Below, piece after piece: positions 26,614 through 37,110 of a stretch of DNA of 64,000 nucleotides. A program made the position numbers and the translations under genes. The stretch's first letter is position 1. The number at the start of each line of letters is the position of its first letter. Below the pieces are notes generated by a model. That model was not told the origin of the DNA, ran no database searches, and worked only from the letters and a program-made list of their open reading frames with translations. Origin of the DNA: a virus; IMG/VR virus record IMGVR_UViG_3300006028_000011, positions 1-64,000 of that record, one strand, 5' to 3'.

Positions 26614-27809
26614 CGGACCGCCTCGGCGAACAACTCGTCCTGCATGTAGGTCGTCCCGTCGTCGCCGGTCGCCACGGCGGCCTTCGTCTCGCGCTTCGCC
26701 GCCTTCCGCTCGTCTCGCAGACGCCGGCGGCGCTCGGCCCGCGTCTCGCCGTCCGCGTCCCGCACCTCGCCGCCCCGGCGGACGCCGCGCTGCGCCACTC
26801 CGACGCCCGCCGTCGCCTCCAGCATCTGCCGCAGGTTGTCGGCGATACCCATGCCGCCAGCCTCGGCCATCCGGCAGATGGCGTCGACGACCAACTCCCC
26901 GTCGGGGGTGACCATCGCGGCCATGTTCGGGACGTTCTCCATCATCCAGGCGCGCGGCTGGATGTCGCAGACGATCCGGACGAAGTCGAACACGAGGCTG
27001 TTGCGCGGGTCGTACACGTTCCGCCTCCCCGCCGTGGAGAAGCCCTGGCAGGGCGGGCCGCCGCAGACCATGTCGATCTTCCCCGGCTCGGCGCCGAGGA
27101 CGCTCAGGATGTCGTGGCCGGAGAGATGGCGGGCGTCCGCCAGGAACAGCGCCCGGCACGGCTCCAGGCACTCCTTGTCGTCCACGGTGTTCAGCTCCCG
27201 CACGTACTCCGAGCCGTAGTCGCGCGGGTTGGGCAGGACGCCCTCACGCTGGAGGCGCGCGGACCTGATCCAGCCCTGTCCGGCGGACGGCCAGGTCAGG
27301 TACTCGCCGTGGTCGACGAGGGGGGCGTGCTCCAGCGGGTGACGCTCCTGCGTCAGCGTCTCGCCTGTGGCGACGTCGCTCCAGCCGCCCCTGCCGCTCT
27401 TGTACTTCGGGTTCCGCACCCTGCCGGCCCGCTTCCGCTCGGAGTCGTTCGCCTTGATGAAGGCCGCCTTCCGGTCCGGGTCCGCGTAGATGCGCGTGGT
27501 CGGGTCGCCGAGGTTGCAGAGGTACGTCATGGCGGCATGCACATCCCACTCCAGGGCGCCGACGACGTGGATGCCGGCCTGGTGCAAGCCGAGCGACATG
27601 CCGCCGCAGCCGGCGAACAGGTCGATGCCGGTCGGGTACCGGCTCAGCTTCACGGCGGCCGGCACGTACAGGCCGGTGCCGTTCCGCTGGTACCCGTCCC
27701 ACTCGCTCCACGACCGGACCCGCGCGAACTCGGCGCCCCGGATATCGGCGAACGCCCGGGTGACGCCGAGCGCGTGCTCCACCTGGGCGACGAAGGCGTC
27801 AGTGGCCAC
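26610..27809 (-). CDS. C5-cytosine DNA methyltransferase, N-terminal half only
   Basis: Motif I IDLFAGCGG, IV GGPPCQGFS and VI MMENV present; motifs VIII-X and the TRD not recognisable. Confidence 0.8.
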   Translation of the reverse strand: MATDAFVAQVEHALGVTRAFADIRGAEFARVRSWSEWDGYQRNGTGLYVPAAVKLSRYPTGIDLFAGCGGMSLGLHQAGIHVVGALEWDVHAAMTYLCNLGDPTTRIYADPDRKAAFIKANDSERKRAGRVRNPKYKSGRGGWSDVATGETLTQERHPLEHAPLVDHGEYLTWPSAGQGWIRSARLQREGVLPNPRDYGSEYVRELNTVDDKECLEPCRALFLADARHLSGHDILSVLGAEPGKIDMVCGGPPCQGFSTAGRRNVYDPRNSLVFDFVRIVCDIQPRAWMMENVPNMAAMVTPDGELVVDAICRMAEAGGMGIADNLRQMLEATAGVGVAQRGVRRGGEVRDADGETRAERRRRLRDERKAAKRETKAAVATGDDGTTYMQDELFAEAVR

Positions 27810-27973
27810 GCCGGCTCTCCCTCCCAGCCCGCACCAGCGCGACCGCCTCGTCCCCGGTGACCTCGGTGCCGTCCGGCCCGATCGTGTGGCCACACGGCAC
27901 GCGGTCCCCGTCCTGGCCCTCTACCGGCTGCGACAGCTCGCGGGGCCAGGTCTCCGGCTGGATCAGGGCCGCG

Positions 27974-28309
27974 TCAGCCACCGCTCTCCTCCTCCCCGAA
28001 CTCCTCTCGGTACGGGTCGTGCTGGCGGAGCAGCTGCTCCTGGACCTCGAAGACGGAGTCGAGCACCTCCTGCACGCTCCCGCCCCGCAGCTCGGCCAGC
28101 GCCCGCTCGGGCAGTTCGGACAGCCGCTCCCGGATGCGCTCGCCGAGCCAGGCCGGCAGCGCGCTCACGTCCTGGAGGTTCTGCGCCTCCAGCCAGCCGA
28201 GCACCTCGTCGGTGGCTGCCAGCCAGCGGGCCCACTCGTAGCGGCGGTCGTTCAGCCGCTGCTGGCGCACCGCGCGGCGCTCGATGTCCACGTTGGCGTC
28301 CGCGATCAC
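27974..28309 (-). CDS. Hypothetical protein
   Basis: GTGA-coupled small ORF. Confidence 0.55.
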   Translation of the reverse strand: MIADANVDIERRAVRQQRLNDRRYEWARWLAATDEVLGWLEAQNLQDVSALPAWLGERIRERLSELPERALAELRGGSVQEVLDSVFEVQEQLLRQHDPYREEFGEEESGG

Positions 28310-28534
28310 GGCAGTACCTCCCGCATCGTCGCGATGGCAGCCTGCATGGCCCGGCCGTGGCGCTCCTCGGCGTCGATGGCGTCCTCGGGCCGCGCCCGCT
28401 GGAGCGCCCGCCAGGCGGCCCAGACCTCGTCGCGCTCGAAGAGCGGGACCTGGAACCAGTGAGCGCGGCAGGCGAGCATGGCGGCCGGGACGCGCCGCTC
28501 GCAGCCGGGGCCCGGGCAGAGGTGGGTGCTGGCC

Positions 28535-29500
28535 TCAGCCGCCATCGGAGCCCTCCCCGGGCGTCTCGCCCAGCTCCTTCGACACGGCCGCCCACGCCTT
28601 CTCCAGGCGCTTCCCGGCGGCGCCCTTGGCCGCGTCGGCCTCCTCGTAGGGCCCGGACTCGGCATCCGCGGCCGACTCGATGTCGAACATGGCGCGGAGG
28701 AGCGCGGTGTCCGCCTCCTCGTGCGCGGCCTGGGCGCTGTACAGCTCGCGGAGGATGCCGGTCAGACGCGCGATCTCCGCGTCCTGCCCCTGGGCCTCGG
28801 CAGCGTCATCCTCGTCGTCCGGCTGGGCGGCGGCGTCCGGCCCAGCGGCGCCCTGCTGGCCCAGCGCTGCCTTGATGGCAGTCGCGAACTCCCTCACGTC
28901 CCGCTGGATCTCGTCGTGGGTTCCGCCGCAGCCGTAGTTGGCCTGCATCCACTGCGCGCGAGCCTCAGGGGTGTCGCTCAGGGCGAGCAGTTCGAGCGCG
29001 CCGTCCAGCAGGTCGAGCCACCTGGCCGCCGTCTCCAGCTTTTCGGGCCACCCCGTCAGGAGCCCGCGCAGCCGCGCGATCTCCGCGTCCCGGTCGGCCC
29101 TCTCCCGGGCGCCAACGGCCTCCTCGTCGGATGCGTAGCCCCACGCCTTGGCGTTCTCCTCGCGCAGTTCGGCGATCACCGCCGCGACCAGTTCGGCCGT
29201 CGGCATGTCGCGCTTCTCCTCGACGAGGTTCGACCGCTGGTCGCCGACGAGGGCCTCGATGGCGGCGAGCTGGTCCAGCAGGTACGCGATGTCGGCCGGG
29301 GCGTTGCCCAACATCTTGAGGTCGGCGCGGGTCAGCGGCGGAGCGTCCTCGGCGAGGCGGTCTCTCGTCACCGGCAGGATCGTCCAGCGGTCGCCGTCCG
29401 TCGCGTCCTCGGGCTCGATGAACACGCCCACCGTCGCGGCCTCCAGCCGCTTCCGGATCGCGGCCACGCGCTCGTTGGTCTGGACGGTCTGCTCAGCCAC
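28535..29500 (-). CDS. Hypothetical phage protein (Ead/Ea22-like start, coiled coil)
   Basis: AIRKRLEAAT...NAPADIAYLL; repeated DAEIARL. Confidence 0.5.
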   Translation of the reverse strand: MAEQTVQTNERVAAIRKRLEAATVGVFIEPEDATDGDRWTILPVTRDRLAEDAPPLTRADLKMLGNAPADIAYLLDQLAAIEALVGDQRSNLVEEKRDMPTAELVAAVIAELREENAKAWGYASDEEAVGARERADRDAEIARLRGLLTGWPEKLETAARWLDLLDGALELLALSDTPEARAQWMQANYGCGGTHDEIQRDVREFATAIKAALGQQGAAGPDAAAQPDDEDDAAEAQGQDAEIARLTGILRELYSAQAAHEEADTALLRAMFDIESAADAESGPYEEADAAKGAAGKRLEKAWAAVSKELGETPGEGSDGG

Positions 29501-29706
29501 GGCGCTTCCCTTCCTTCGCGATCCTCTCGCGTGCGCAGGCGAGCGCCTCCTTCCGCGTCTCGTGGGAGTGGCGCAGCGCCCGCTCGCAGTTCCACAGCCA
29601 GGCGTCCGTGCCGCGCTCCTTGATGACGCCCCGGAAGCGGCCGGCGGTCCGGTCACAGGTGGACCAGCTCGCGACCATGCCGTCCTCGGGCTGGAAGATG
29701 AGGCGG

Positions 29707-30843
29707 TCAGCCACGGCCATCTCCCTCCTCGGCCGCCTTGCGCCGCACCCGGGTCCCGACGAGCGCCTTCCTCGTCTTGAACGAGGGCGGGCTGAACTCC
29801 ATGACTGCCATCCCGGCCGCCAGGGCCATGTCCTGGACGCCGCGGTTGGTGGCGGTGCGGGTCGTCAGGCCCACGAACGACCGCCAGTCCATGCCCTTCG
29901 ATCGGGCCCAGGCCGCCACCGCGGACGGGAGCGCCACCCAGCGGAAGGTGGGCTTGCGCGAGAGCAGGTAGCCGATCTCCTCGCCGTTGACGTCGAGCCG
30001 CGCCTCGCGGTCCCGGTAGTACTCCTCCAGGAGGTCCCAGCGCACGGTGGCGGCCGCGTCGAGGCGCCTGTGCTCGGAGAGCAGCACGTCGGCCTCGTCG
30101 TCCGTCTGGGGCGCCACGGCCACCGACGGCAGTGACTCGCCGCAGGTCCGTCGCAGCGCGCACCCGGCGCAGGACGGGCCGCCCACCGGGGCGCCGGGTC
30201 CCGCCTCGAGGCGGTGCCGCAGGCCCTGGAGGGTGGCGTCCCACCACTCGTCCAGCTCGCCGCGCTCGATGGTGATGGGGTCGTGCGGCCGGCCGTAGCG
30301 GACGAGGTCCAGGACGAGGTCCAGACGCTCCAGGGCCGGCCGGGTCAGGAAGCGCATCTGCGCGTACCAGTGGAGCTGGAACTGGTGGTCCATCTCCCCC
30401 TGCTCGGTCTTGTAGTCGGTGACGCGCTCCCAGGTCGCCTCGTCGTCCGGGTCGCCACCGTCCACGCGGTCGATCCGGTCCGGGGTGCAGACCAGGATCG
30501 CCCAGCCGACGTGGAGCGTGATCGGCTCCTCGACGGCGGCGATCGTGTGCAGGTCGCCGAGGTGCGTCTGGGTGAAGCGCTCGCAGAGGCCCGCGTACTC
30601 CCGCCAGCGGGACTGGAGGAGCCCCGGCGTGCGCGCCCAGGCGTCCGCCGCCAGGTCGCGCCAGCCGGTCATGTCGGTCTCCTCGCCGAGCGCCTGGAGG
30701 TGCCTCCAGTAGGCGGCGATGAAGCGGTGGACGGCCTGCCCGAAGGCCAGGCGCTCGGACCGCTCCATGACGAACGCCGGGCAGCTCGCCAGGCCCTCGG
30801 CCAGCGAGCGCCGGATGGTCGGGACGGCGTGCGCGACGCTCAT
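29707..30843 (-). CDS. PD-(D/E)XK RecB-family exonuclease
   Basis: FGQAVH, EE, PDRID, VTDYKT, QLHWY, CAGC...C. Confidence 0.8.
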   Translation of the reverse strand: MSVAHAVPTIRRSLAEGLASCPAFVMERSERLAFGQAVHRFIAAYWRHLQALGEETDMTGWRDLAADAWARTPGLLQSRWREYAGLCERFTQTHLGDLHTIAAVEEPITLHVGWAILVCTPDRIDRVDGGDPDDEATWERVTDYKTEQGEMDHQFQLHWYAQMRFLTRPALERLDLVLDLVRYGRPHDPITIERGELDEWWDATLQGLRHRLEAGPGAPVGGPSCAGCALRRTCGESLPSVAVAPQTDDEADVLLSEHRRLDAAATVRWDLLEEYYRDREARLDVNGEEIGYLLSRKPTFRWVALPSAVAAWARSKGMDWRSFVGLTTRTATNRGVQDMALAAGMAVMEFSPPSFKTRKALVGTRVRRKAAEEGDGRG

Positions 30844-32225
30844 GACCGACCCTTTTCGTTCGGGTCCGCGACCTCGGAGTCGCTCGCCGCCGGGGCCCGG
30901 AGCTGCTGCTCGATCCACGCGCGGTGACGGGTAGTGAGGTAGGTCGCCTGGCCGATCGGGGCGTTCGGGAGCGGCACGTACGGCGCCCACTCGCCGGTCG
31001 CCTTCGTGCCGAGCGCGTGGTAGGACGCCTCGACCAACTCCCGGTACCGCCCGAGCGTGTCCGGCTTGCCCGGCACGCCGCCGCAGGCCACCTTTAGCTC
31101 GTCGACGTCGTCCTGGCTGAGCTTGCGGACCACCTCCTCTTCGGGCTCCGACCACGTGGCGTCGTCGGAACGGTCTGCCTCGGCCTCGGCCTCGTCGAGC
31201 CGGGCCGCGTCCACCGCGTCGTCCCGGTCGGTGAACGGCGCCTGCGGGGTGCTGGGGGGCAGCGCGCGCTGGACCGCCGCGACCGCGGGGCGGTCCACCG
31301 GCTGCGGCTGGATGTCGGAGACGTGCGCGAACTGCACCTCCTGCGTGGCCAGAGCGAGCAGCTCGCGCCGCTTCGCCGGCGGCAGGATCGCCCGGGCCGT
31401 GCCGCTGGGGTCGTAGGTGAACGTCAGCGCCTCGGCCAGGTCGTACTTCACGGCGAGCGTCGCCTTCACCACGCGCCCCTCCGGCGTCGAGATCGGGCGG
31501 GCGATGCGCGCCAGCGTGAACGGCACGTTGTGGCTGCGGCCGGCGCGCGCCCGGAGCATCCGCAGCCCGCTCTGGACGTCGACGGCGCCGTTGAACGAGC
31601 CCGTGCTCACCTGCACCCAGCCGAGCTGGCGGATGTAGTTGGGCGCCTCCGGGTTCGTCTCCGGGTGCAGCAGCTCGGCCGAGAACCGCCCCTCGCGGTG
31701 GCAGCCGGGCAGCGTGTTCTCCTTGGTCCGCTGCGAGTGCCAGAGCGGGCAGTCGGGCCCGAGGCAGGTGGCCGTCCAGCCGCCCTTGCGCTCCTCGCCG
31801 AGGAGGTGGCGCCGGCGCAGGACATCGGCGTAGGCCGGGTCGCGGACCCACGCCTCGCCGACCTTGCCGTCCTCCTCCCCGCCACCGGTGCCCGAGCACC
31901 GGATGCGCGACTTTCCCCAGGCGCGGTTCAGCAGCTCCCAGCTCACCTCGCGCCCGTTGGCCACCGCGTCGAACTCCCAGGGCAGCATGAAGCGCAGACC
32001 CTTGCCGAGGCCGTAGACCTCCTCGGCCGCGTCCTTGATCCGCTGCCCGCCGTACGCCGCGAGGATGGCCTCGAAGATGTCCGGGTCGCAGCCGGCCTCG
32101 CGCTTGATGCAGAACACGTCGCTGTCGCGCGGGAAGTCGCCGCGCTCGCCGCGCTTCTTGTAGCCGAGGCGGATGATCGCCCAGCGCGGCGTCCGCACCT
32201 CCTCGCTGAGTCCGTTGATCGTCAT
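30840..32225 (-). CDS. Recombination/replication protein (phage Gp3/RDF-like family)
   Basis: IIRLGYKK...FPRDSDVF N-terminus, Cys motifs; paired with the exonuclease. Confidence 0.5.
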   Translation of the reverse strand: MTINGLSEEVRTPRWAIIRLGYKKRGERGDFPRDSDVFCIKREAGCDPDIFEAILAAYGGQRIKDAAEEVYGLGKGLRFMLPWEFDAVANGREVSWELLNRAWGKSRIRCSGTGGGEEDGKVGEAWVRDPAYADVLRRRHLLGEERKGGWTATCLGPDCPLWHSQRTKENTLPGCHREGRFSAELLHPETNPEAPNYIRQLGWVQVSTGSFNGAVDVQSGLRMLRARAGRSHNVPFTLARIARPISTPEGRVVKATLAVKYDLAEALTFTYDPSGTARAILPPAKRRELLALATQEVQFAHVSDIQPQPVDRPAVAAVQRALPPSTPQAPFTDRDDAVDAARLDEAEAEADRSDDATWSEPEEEVVRKLSQDDVDELKVACGGVPGKPDTLGRYRELVEASYHALGTKATGEWAPYVPLPNAPIGQATYLTTRHRAWIEQQLRAPAASDSEVADPNEKGRS

Positions 32226-35200
32226 CAGCGCGTCCCTCCGAGCTGCTCGACCTGCGCGACCACCAGGCCCTGGTCGAGCGTCGTCACCGCGCCCGCCATC
32301 GCCGCCCGCCGGCTCGCCGCCTCGGCCTCCTTCTCCCGCTTCCAGGCGGCCAGCCAGGTCGCGCGCCCGACCGTCCACGCCATGGTGTGCTCGGGGGTCC
32401 CGACGACCAGCCCGAGCGGCCCGGCGATGTCGCGCTCGAACGCTGTGGCGAAGGCCTCCTGCTCCCCGGCCGGCATCCGGGCGACCTCGATCGCCCGGTA
32501 GGGGTTGTGGCCGTCGGCCGAGATGCGGCCGTTGATGGCGCCGGTCGCCATCTACGTGTCCTCCCGGTCGCGGAGCAGCGGCTCCAGGGCGAGGCGGGCC
32601 AACTCGCAGCGCGGCTCGTGGCGACCGTCCCGCGTCTCCGGGCTGGTCGCGCACCAGCAGCGGCCGTCGCGCTCGCTCCAGGCCGTCGACATCGTCGCCC
32701 GCACCGCCCCCACCAGCTCGGGCAGGTTGTTGATGACCAGCGTGACGAGGCAGGCGTCGGACGCCGCCATCGACTCCGCGACCGGCCAGCCGCCGTAGAT
32801 CTCGATCGTCTCGCGGTTGTCGTCGGTCGGCTCGATGTCGGCGAGGACCTCGCCGTCGGCCGACACCCGCCACGGCCGCTTGGTCGCGTCGGCCGCGTGC
32901 AGCTCCAGGAGGTCGAGCAGGTTCACCACGCCCTCCAGGGCTGCGTCTCCGCCGCCAGCAGCAGCGCGCCGCCGGCGGCCACGAAGGCCGCGACGATCCG
33001 CGCCCGGTGCCGCGCCCACCAGCAGGCCAGCCGCAGGACGCCGCGCCGTCGCGCCCGGCGCTCGGCCGCGCCCACCCAGGCCCAGCGGGTCCGGGCGATC
33101 AGCCAGCCGGGCCGGGTCCGCGAGAACATGGACGGCCGCCGGACGACGGACCGCCCGTAGGGGCGGCCCGTCAGGATGTTGACGTCGGGCGGGAAGTCGA
33201 AGGTGGCCATCTACGCCGCCCCCAGCACGAACTCGATGGGTTCCACGTCCTCGCCGGCGAGCCAGGCGAGGAACCACGTCCTCACCCGCCCGTCCAGCTC
33301 GTGGCGCTCGACCTGGGTCCCGTCCTCGCGGTCGATCCGGATGCCGGTCTCGTCGGCCTCGACCAGGCCGCGGTGGGTCCCGCCGACGCCGGTCGCCCGG
33401 GAGACGGCGAACGCGATCGGGTTGCGCCTCGCGGAGCCCCGGGCGCTCCGGGCGATATCCTCCGCGCTGACGGCGATCGTCCAGCAGCCCATCTACGGCA
33501 CCTCCCCGTTCAGCTCGTCGCGCCGCTGCTCGGCCGCCTCGGCGGAGTCGAAGCTCCGGATGTGCTCGCCGGTCGCGTCGACGAGGGCCCACTCGCTGAT
33601 GTCCACCTGCTCGACGTGGTACGGCGGTGTCGAGGCGCGCTCGGACTCCGGGTCGGCCTCCCGCGCCGCGCGCGCCGCGATTGCCGCGAGGATCGCCGTC
33701 CGGTTGCGCTCCTCGACGTAGGCCCGCGTGTCGGGCTCGTCGAAGCCGTTGACCACCGCGCCGTCCGGCCGGACGACCAGCCAGTCGCCGAAGCGGCCGG
33801 CCTGCAGGTCGTCCTCCGTCGTCTTCCGAACCCGCCAGCCAGGCGTCAGCCCGGCGACGAGGATCTCGAGCGCGGCGGCCTGCTCGGCCCGCTGCGCGCG
33901 GAGCTTCACGATGTCGTCGAGGCGCCGCTGGGCGACCTCGGTGGCCGACTCGCCGACCACGTCGCCGCGCTCGCTCAGCCACGCGTAGGCATCCCAGGCG
34001 CGGTGCTTCTCCTCGTCCCACTCCTCGCCGGGGCTGTTCCACCGGACGTCGGACCGCGAGGTGGTGATGCGGGCGCTGTCGGTCGCGGCCGCGACGAACA
34101 GGTCGTACTCGTGGCCCAGGGCCTGGATCTCGCCCAGGACGACCTCCAGCGGGCGAGCGGGCGGGTCGTCGGCCTGGACCATGGCCAGGATCGCGGCGAG
34201 CCTCCTCTCGGTGATGGTCGCCGCGTGGTGCAGCTCCCCCCAGGCCCTCACGTAGTTCTGGGCGGCCTCGGGCGAGCTGGGCGTGAGCAGGTGCTCGCGG
34301 GCCGTCCGGAGGGCCGCCGAGAGGTCCCTGTACACCTCGTCCACGCTGACGCGGAGGTCGTGCCAGGACTGGTCGTCCATCTACCTCGCCCCCGGGTGCC
34401 CGACCAGCACCCAGAACAGGACCGCGACCATGACGATCACCACGAGGAGACCGACGGCGGGCGCCACGGAGAGGAACTCCGAGAACCGCCGGTCGGCCGC
34501 CGGGTCGATCCAGCTCAGCGCCTCGGCGTACTGGGGGTGGGCCTCCAGCGTGGCGAGCATCTGCCGGGCGTCGACCAGTTCCCAGTACCTGATGTACCGG
34601 CCCGTGGCGACGTCGACGAGGTGGAAGTAGTCGCCCACGGCGGTGAGGCGGTACCCCTGGCTGGCCGCCACGCGCTGCGAGGTGGCCACCTACAGCACCT
34701 CGAAGGGGCGGGCCGCCGCCACGAGGCTGGTCGACAGGAAGATGGCGGCCGCGGCCGCGTCGAGGGACTCACCCTCCGTGGGCTCGTTCCAGTTGAAGTA
34801 GCAGGCGTACTCCGGCGACTCGTTCAGGATGTTGGCGCCCTGGACGGCGCGCACGCCGGTGGCGAGCTGCACCCAGCGTCCGGACTGGCGGTCGATCAGC
34901 GTCGGCACGCCGCCGGCGCCGATGACGACCTCGAAGCGCGGCTCCTCGGGGCTGGCGATGGCGGTGATGGCCACCTACCGGCCCTCCGCCACCCAGTCGC
35001 CGTCGGGGGCGGCGGCCTGGGCGTCCTCGTCGCTCTCGATCGCGCGCGCCAGCACCGAGCCCGGCACGACCGCGATCCACTCGTCGCCGCAGAGCCACTG
35101 CCACCAGCCGTTGGCGAAGCGCACGCGCTGCCCGTCGAACAGCACGACCTCCGTCGGGGCGGCCGGCTGCTGTGAGATCATTGACATCGCGAACTCCTCC

Positions 35201-35841
35201 TGGGGGTTCAGGAGACCCGGGCGGTGCTTGCCGGCAGCCTGGGTCTCGTCGTACATGGGGGCGGCCACCTTCGCGCCGCTCCCTGCCTGGCGGTCTCGAC
35301 GCAGCGGGAAGCGCCGCACGCCGCGCGGTCGCATCTTCTCGTCGGGCCCGATGACGGTCATGGCCTACGCGGCCTCCCCCGCGAGCAGGCTGAGGGCGCG
35401 CCGCGCGGCCCGCTCCAGCCGGTCGAGCCGCCGCCGCGGCGGGGTCATCAGCGTCCGCGCCGTCCAGGCCGCCTCGCGCGCGATCCGGTCCGCCAGGCCC
35501 GGGAACCGCGCCTCGACGCGCTCGTGGACCTTCATCAGCCGCGCGTACTCGGCGGGCGTGCGCTCGGCGCGCAGCTGGTCTGCGGAGTAGAGGAGCTGGA
35601 CCCGCCACAGCCAGTAGCCGTGCAGGCCGGGGTCGCCGCCCAGATCGAGCAGCACGTCCAGGTCGGCGATCGCGGCCTCCGTGAGGGCCTGCAGGTCGTC
35701 GAGGGCGGTGAGCTCGATTCCGGCGAACTCCAGCGCGTCCGACGCGGTGTCGAGGTGCTGGAGCAACTCCGCCAGCTCGTCGCGCAGCGCCCGCGTCAGG
35801 GGCAGGTGGTCGGCGGGCGTCTCGGGGGTTCCGGTCTGCAT
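32225..35841 (-). other. Early operon of about nine small hypothetical genes
   Basis: ORFs 32225-32551, 32552-32926, 32923-33210, 33211-33492, 33493-34380, 34381-34689, 34690-34974, 34975-35361 and 35365-35841, mostly with GGAGG-like RBS. Confidence 0.65.
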
Positions 35842-35973
35842 GCAGGCCAGCATGTAGCACTTTGTAAGAGATGTCAATACCCCGGTTGAATACCCGGACG
35901 TATTTGGTAGCAAAATGTTGCAAGTGGCTCGCGATCGTGGCACAATTAGTCCGAATTGGTCACAATTTGTTGC
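35842..35973. promoter_or_regulatory. Divergent sigma70-type promoter region
   Basis: AT-rich gap. Minus strand: TTGACA (35877-35872)-17-CATGCT. Plus strand: TTGCAA (35918)-17-CACAAT (35941). A second CACAAT at 35961 lies 7 nt before ATG 35974. Confidence 0.7.
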
Positions 35974-36594
35974 ATGACGTTGCGCCCGATCCAGGAAGTG
36001 GCCAAGGAAGAGGGCGTCAACGTGCTGACGCTGTACCGGCTGATCCGAGCCGGGAAGATCGCGCGGTACAAGCGGGCCGGCGATCGTCGGACTTTCGTGG
36101 ACACCGAGCAGGTCCGGGAGGTGCGCGGATTCCGTCGCGTCGCCGGACCCGAGCCGGGCGCCGAGCCGGTTCCCGCCCAGCCGGTCGAGGCCAAGCCGGT
36201 CGTCGCCCTCGCCGTCGTCTCCAGCGATGGCCGCGTCCTGATGACGCGCCGCCGCTTCCCCGAGGGTCGCTTCGCCTGGGGCTTCCCGTCCGGCAACGTG
36301 GAGCCGGGCGAGACGCCCGAGGCCGCCGCCGTGCGCGAGGCCAGCGAGGAGGTCGGCCTGACGATCGAGGTCGAGGGTCGCCTCGGCGAGCGCGTCCACC
36401 CGGTGACCGGCCGGCAGATGATCTACTTCCGCTGCCGGATCATCGAGGGCGTCCCGCACCTCGTCGACCACGACGAGCTGGCCGAGGTCCGCTGGGTCAC
36501 GCTGGCCGAGGCTGACGAGCTGGCGGCGCCGCAGGGCGGGATCTTCGAACCGGTCCGCGAGCACCTGCTCCGGCTGTCGGCCGCGGCCGAGTAG
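35974..36594 (+). CDS. HTH (Xis/MerR-like) - Nudix fusion protein
   Basis: IQEVAKEEGVNVLTLYRLIR; Nudix box GNVEPGETPEAAAVREASEEVGL. Confidence 0.85.
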   Translation: MTLRPIQEVAKEEGVNVLTLYRLIRAGKIARYKRAGDRRTFVDTEQVREVRGFRRVAGPEPGAEPVPAQPVEAKPVVALAVVSSDGRVLMTRRRFPEGRFAWGFPSGNVEPGETPEAAAVREASEEVGLTIEVEGRLGERVHPVTGRQMIYFRCRIIEGVPHLVDHDELAEVRWVTLAEADELAAPQGGIFEPVREHLLRLSAAAE

Positions 36595-36601
36595 TGGCCG
36601 C

Positions 36602-36880
36602 GTGCCGCTGAGCCTGACGTTCACCGGCCACGCCCTGCGCGCGATGATGGACGAGGACATCGACTTCGACGAGGTCCGCGGCGCCATCGAGCGAGAGGAC
36701 GTGATCGAGCGGTACGAGAGCGATAGGCCGTACCCGAGCAGGCTGCTGCTCGGCCGCAGCGGCCCGCGGCCACTCCACGTCGTGGTGGCGACCGACGAGG
36801 CTGGCGGCCACATCGTGATCACGGCGTACGTCCCCGATCCGACCCGCTGGAGCGGCGATTTCCGCAGGAGGACGACATGA
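36602..36880 (+). CDS. DUF4258-like putative toxin
   Basis: FTGHALRAM...IERY...PSRLLLG...LHVV...VITAYVPD..W. Confidence 0.75.
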   Translation: MPLSLTFTGHALRAMMDEDIDFDEVRGAIEREDVIERYESDRPYPSRLLLGRSGPRPLHVVVATDEAGGHIVITAYVPDPTRWSGDFRRRTT

Positions 36881-37110
36881 GCGAGCGGCTGTGCGTGATC
36901 TGCCGGACCGGCCGGCTCGCCGCCGGGCACGCGACCTTCGTCCACGAGCGCGCCGACCACGTCAGCGTGGTGCGTGGCGTCCCGGCCGAGGTCTGCGACA
37001 ATTGCGGCGAGCCGTACTTCGACGAGGCGGTGGCCCGTCGCCTGCTCGCCCTCGCCCGCCAGAGCGAACAGCTCGGGCTCGACGTGGGCGTGCGCCAGTA
37101 CGTCGCGTGA
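36877..37110 (+). CDS. YgiT/MqsA-type zinc-finger protein (putative antitoxin)
   Basis: CVIC...VPAEVCDNCGEPYF. Confidence 0.8.
   Translation: MSERLCVICRTGRLAAGHATFVHERADHVSVVRGVPAEVCDNCGEPYFDEAVARRLLALARQSEQLGLDVGVRQYVA

Noticed and set aside
29707-30843. Second cas4
   Set aside because: A PD-(D/E)XK nuclease in the recombination module, over 20 kb from the array; typical phage exonuclease context.
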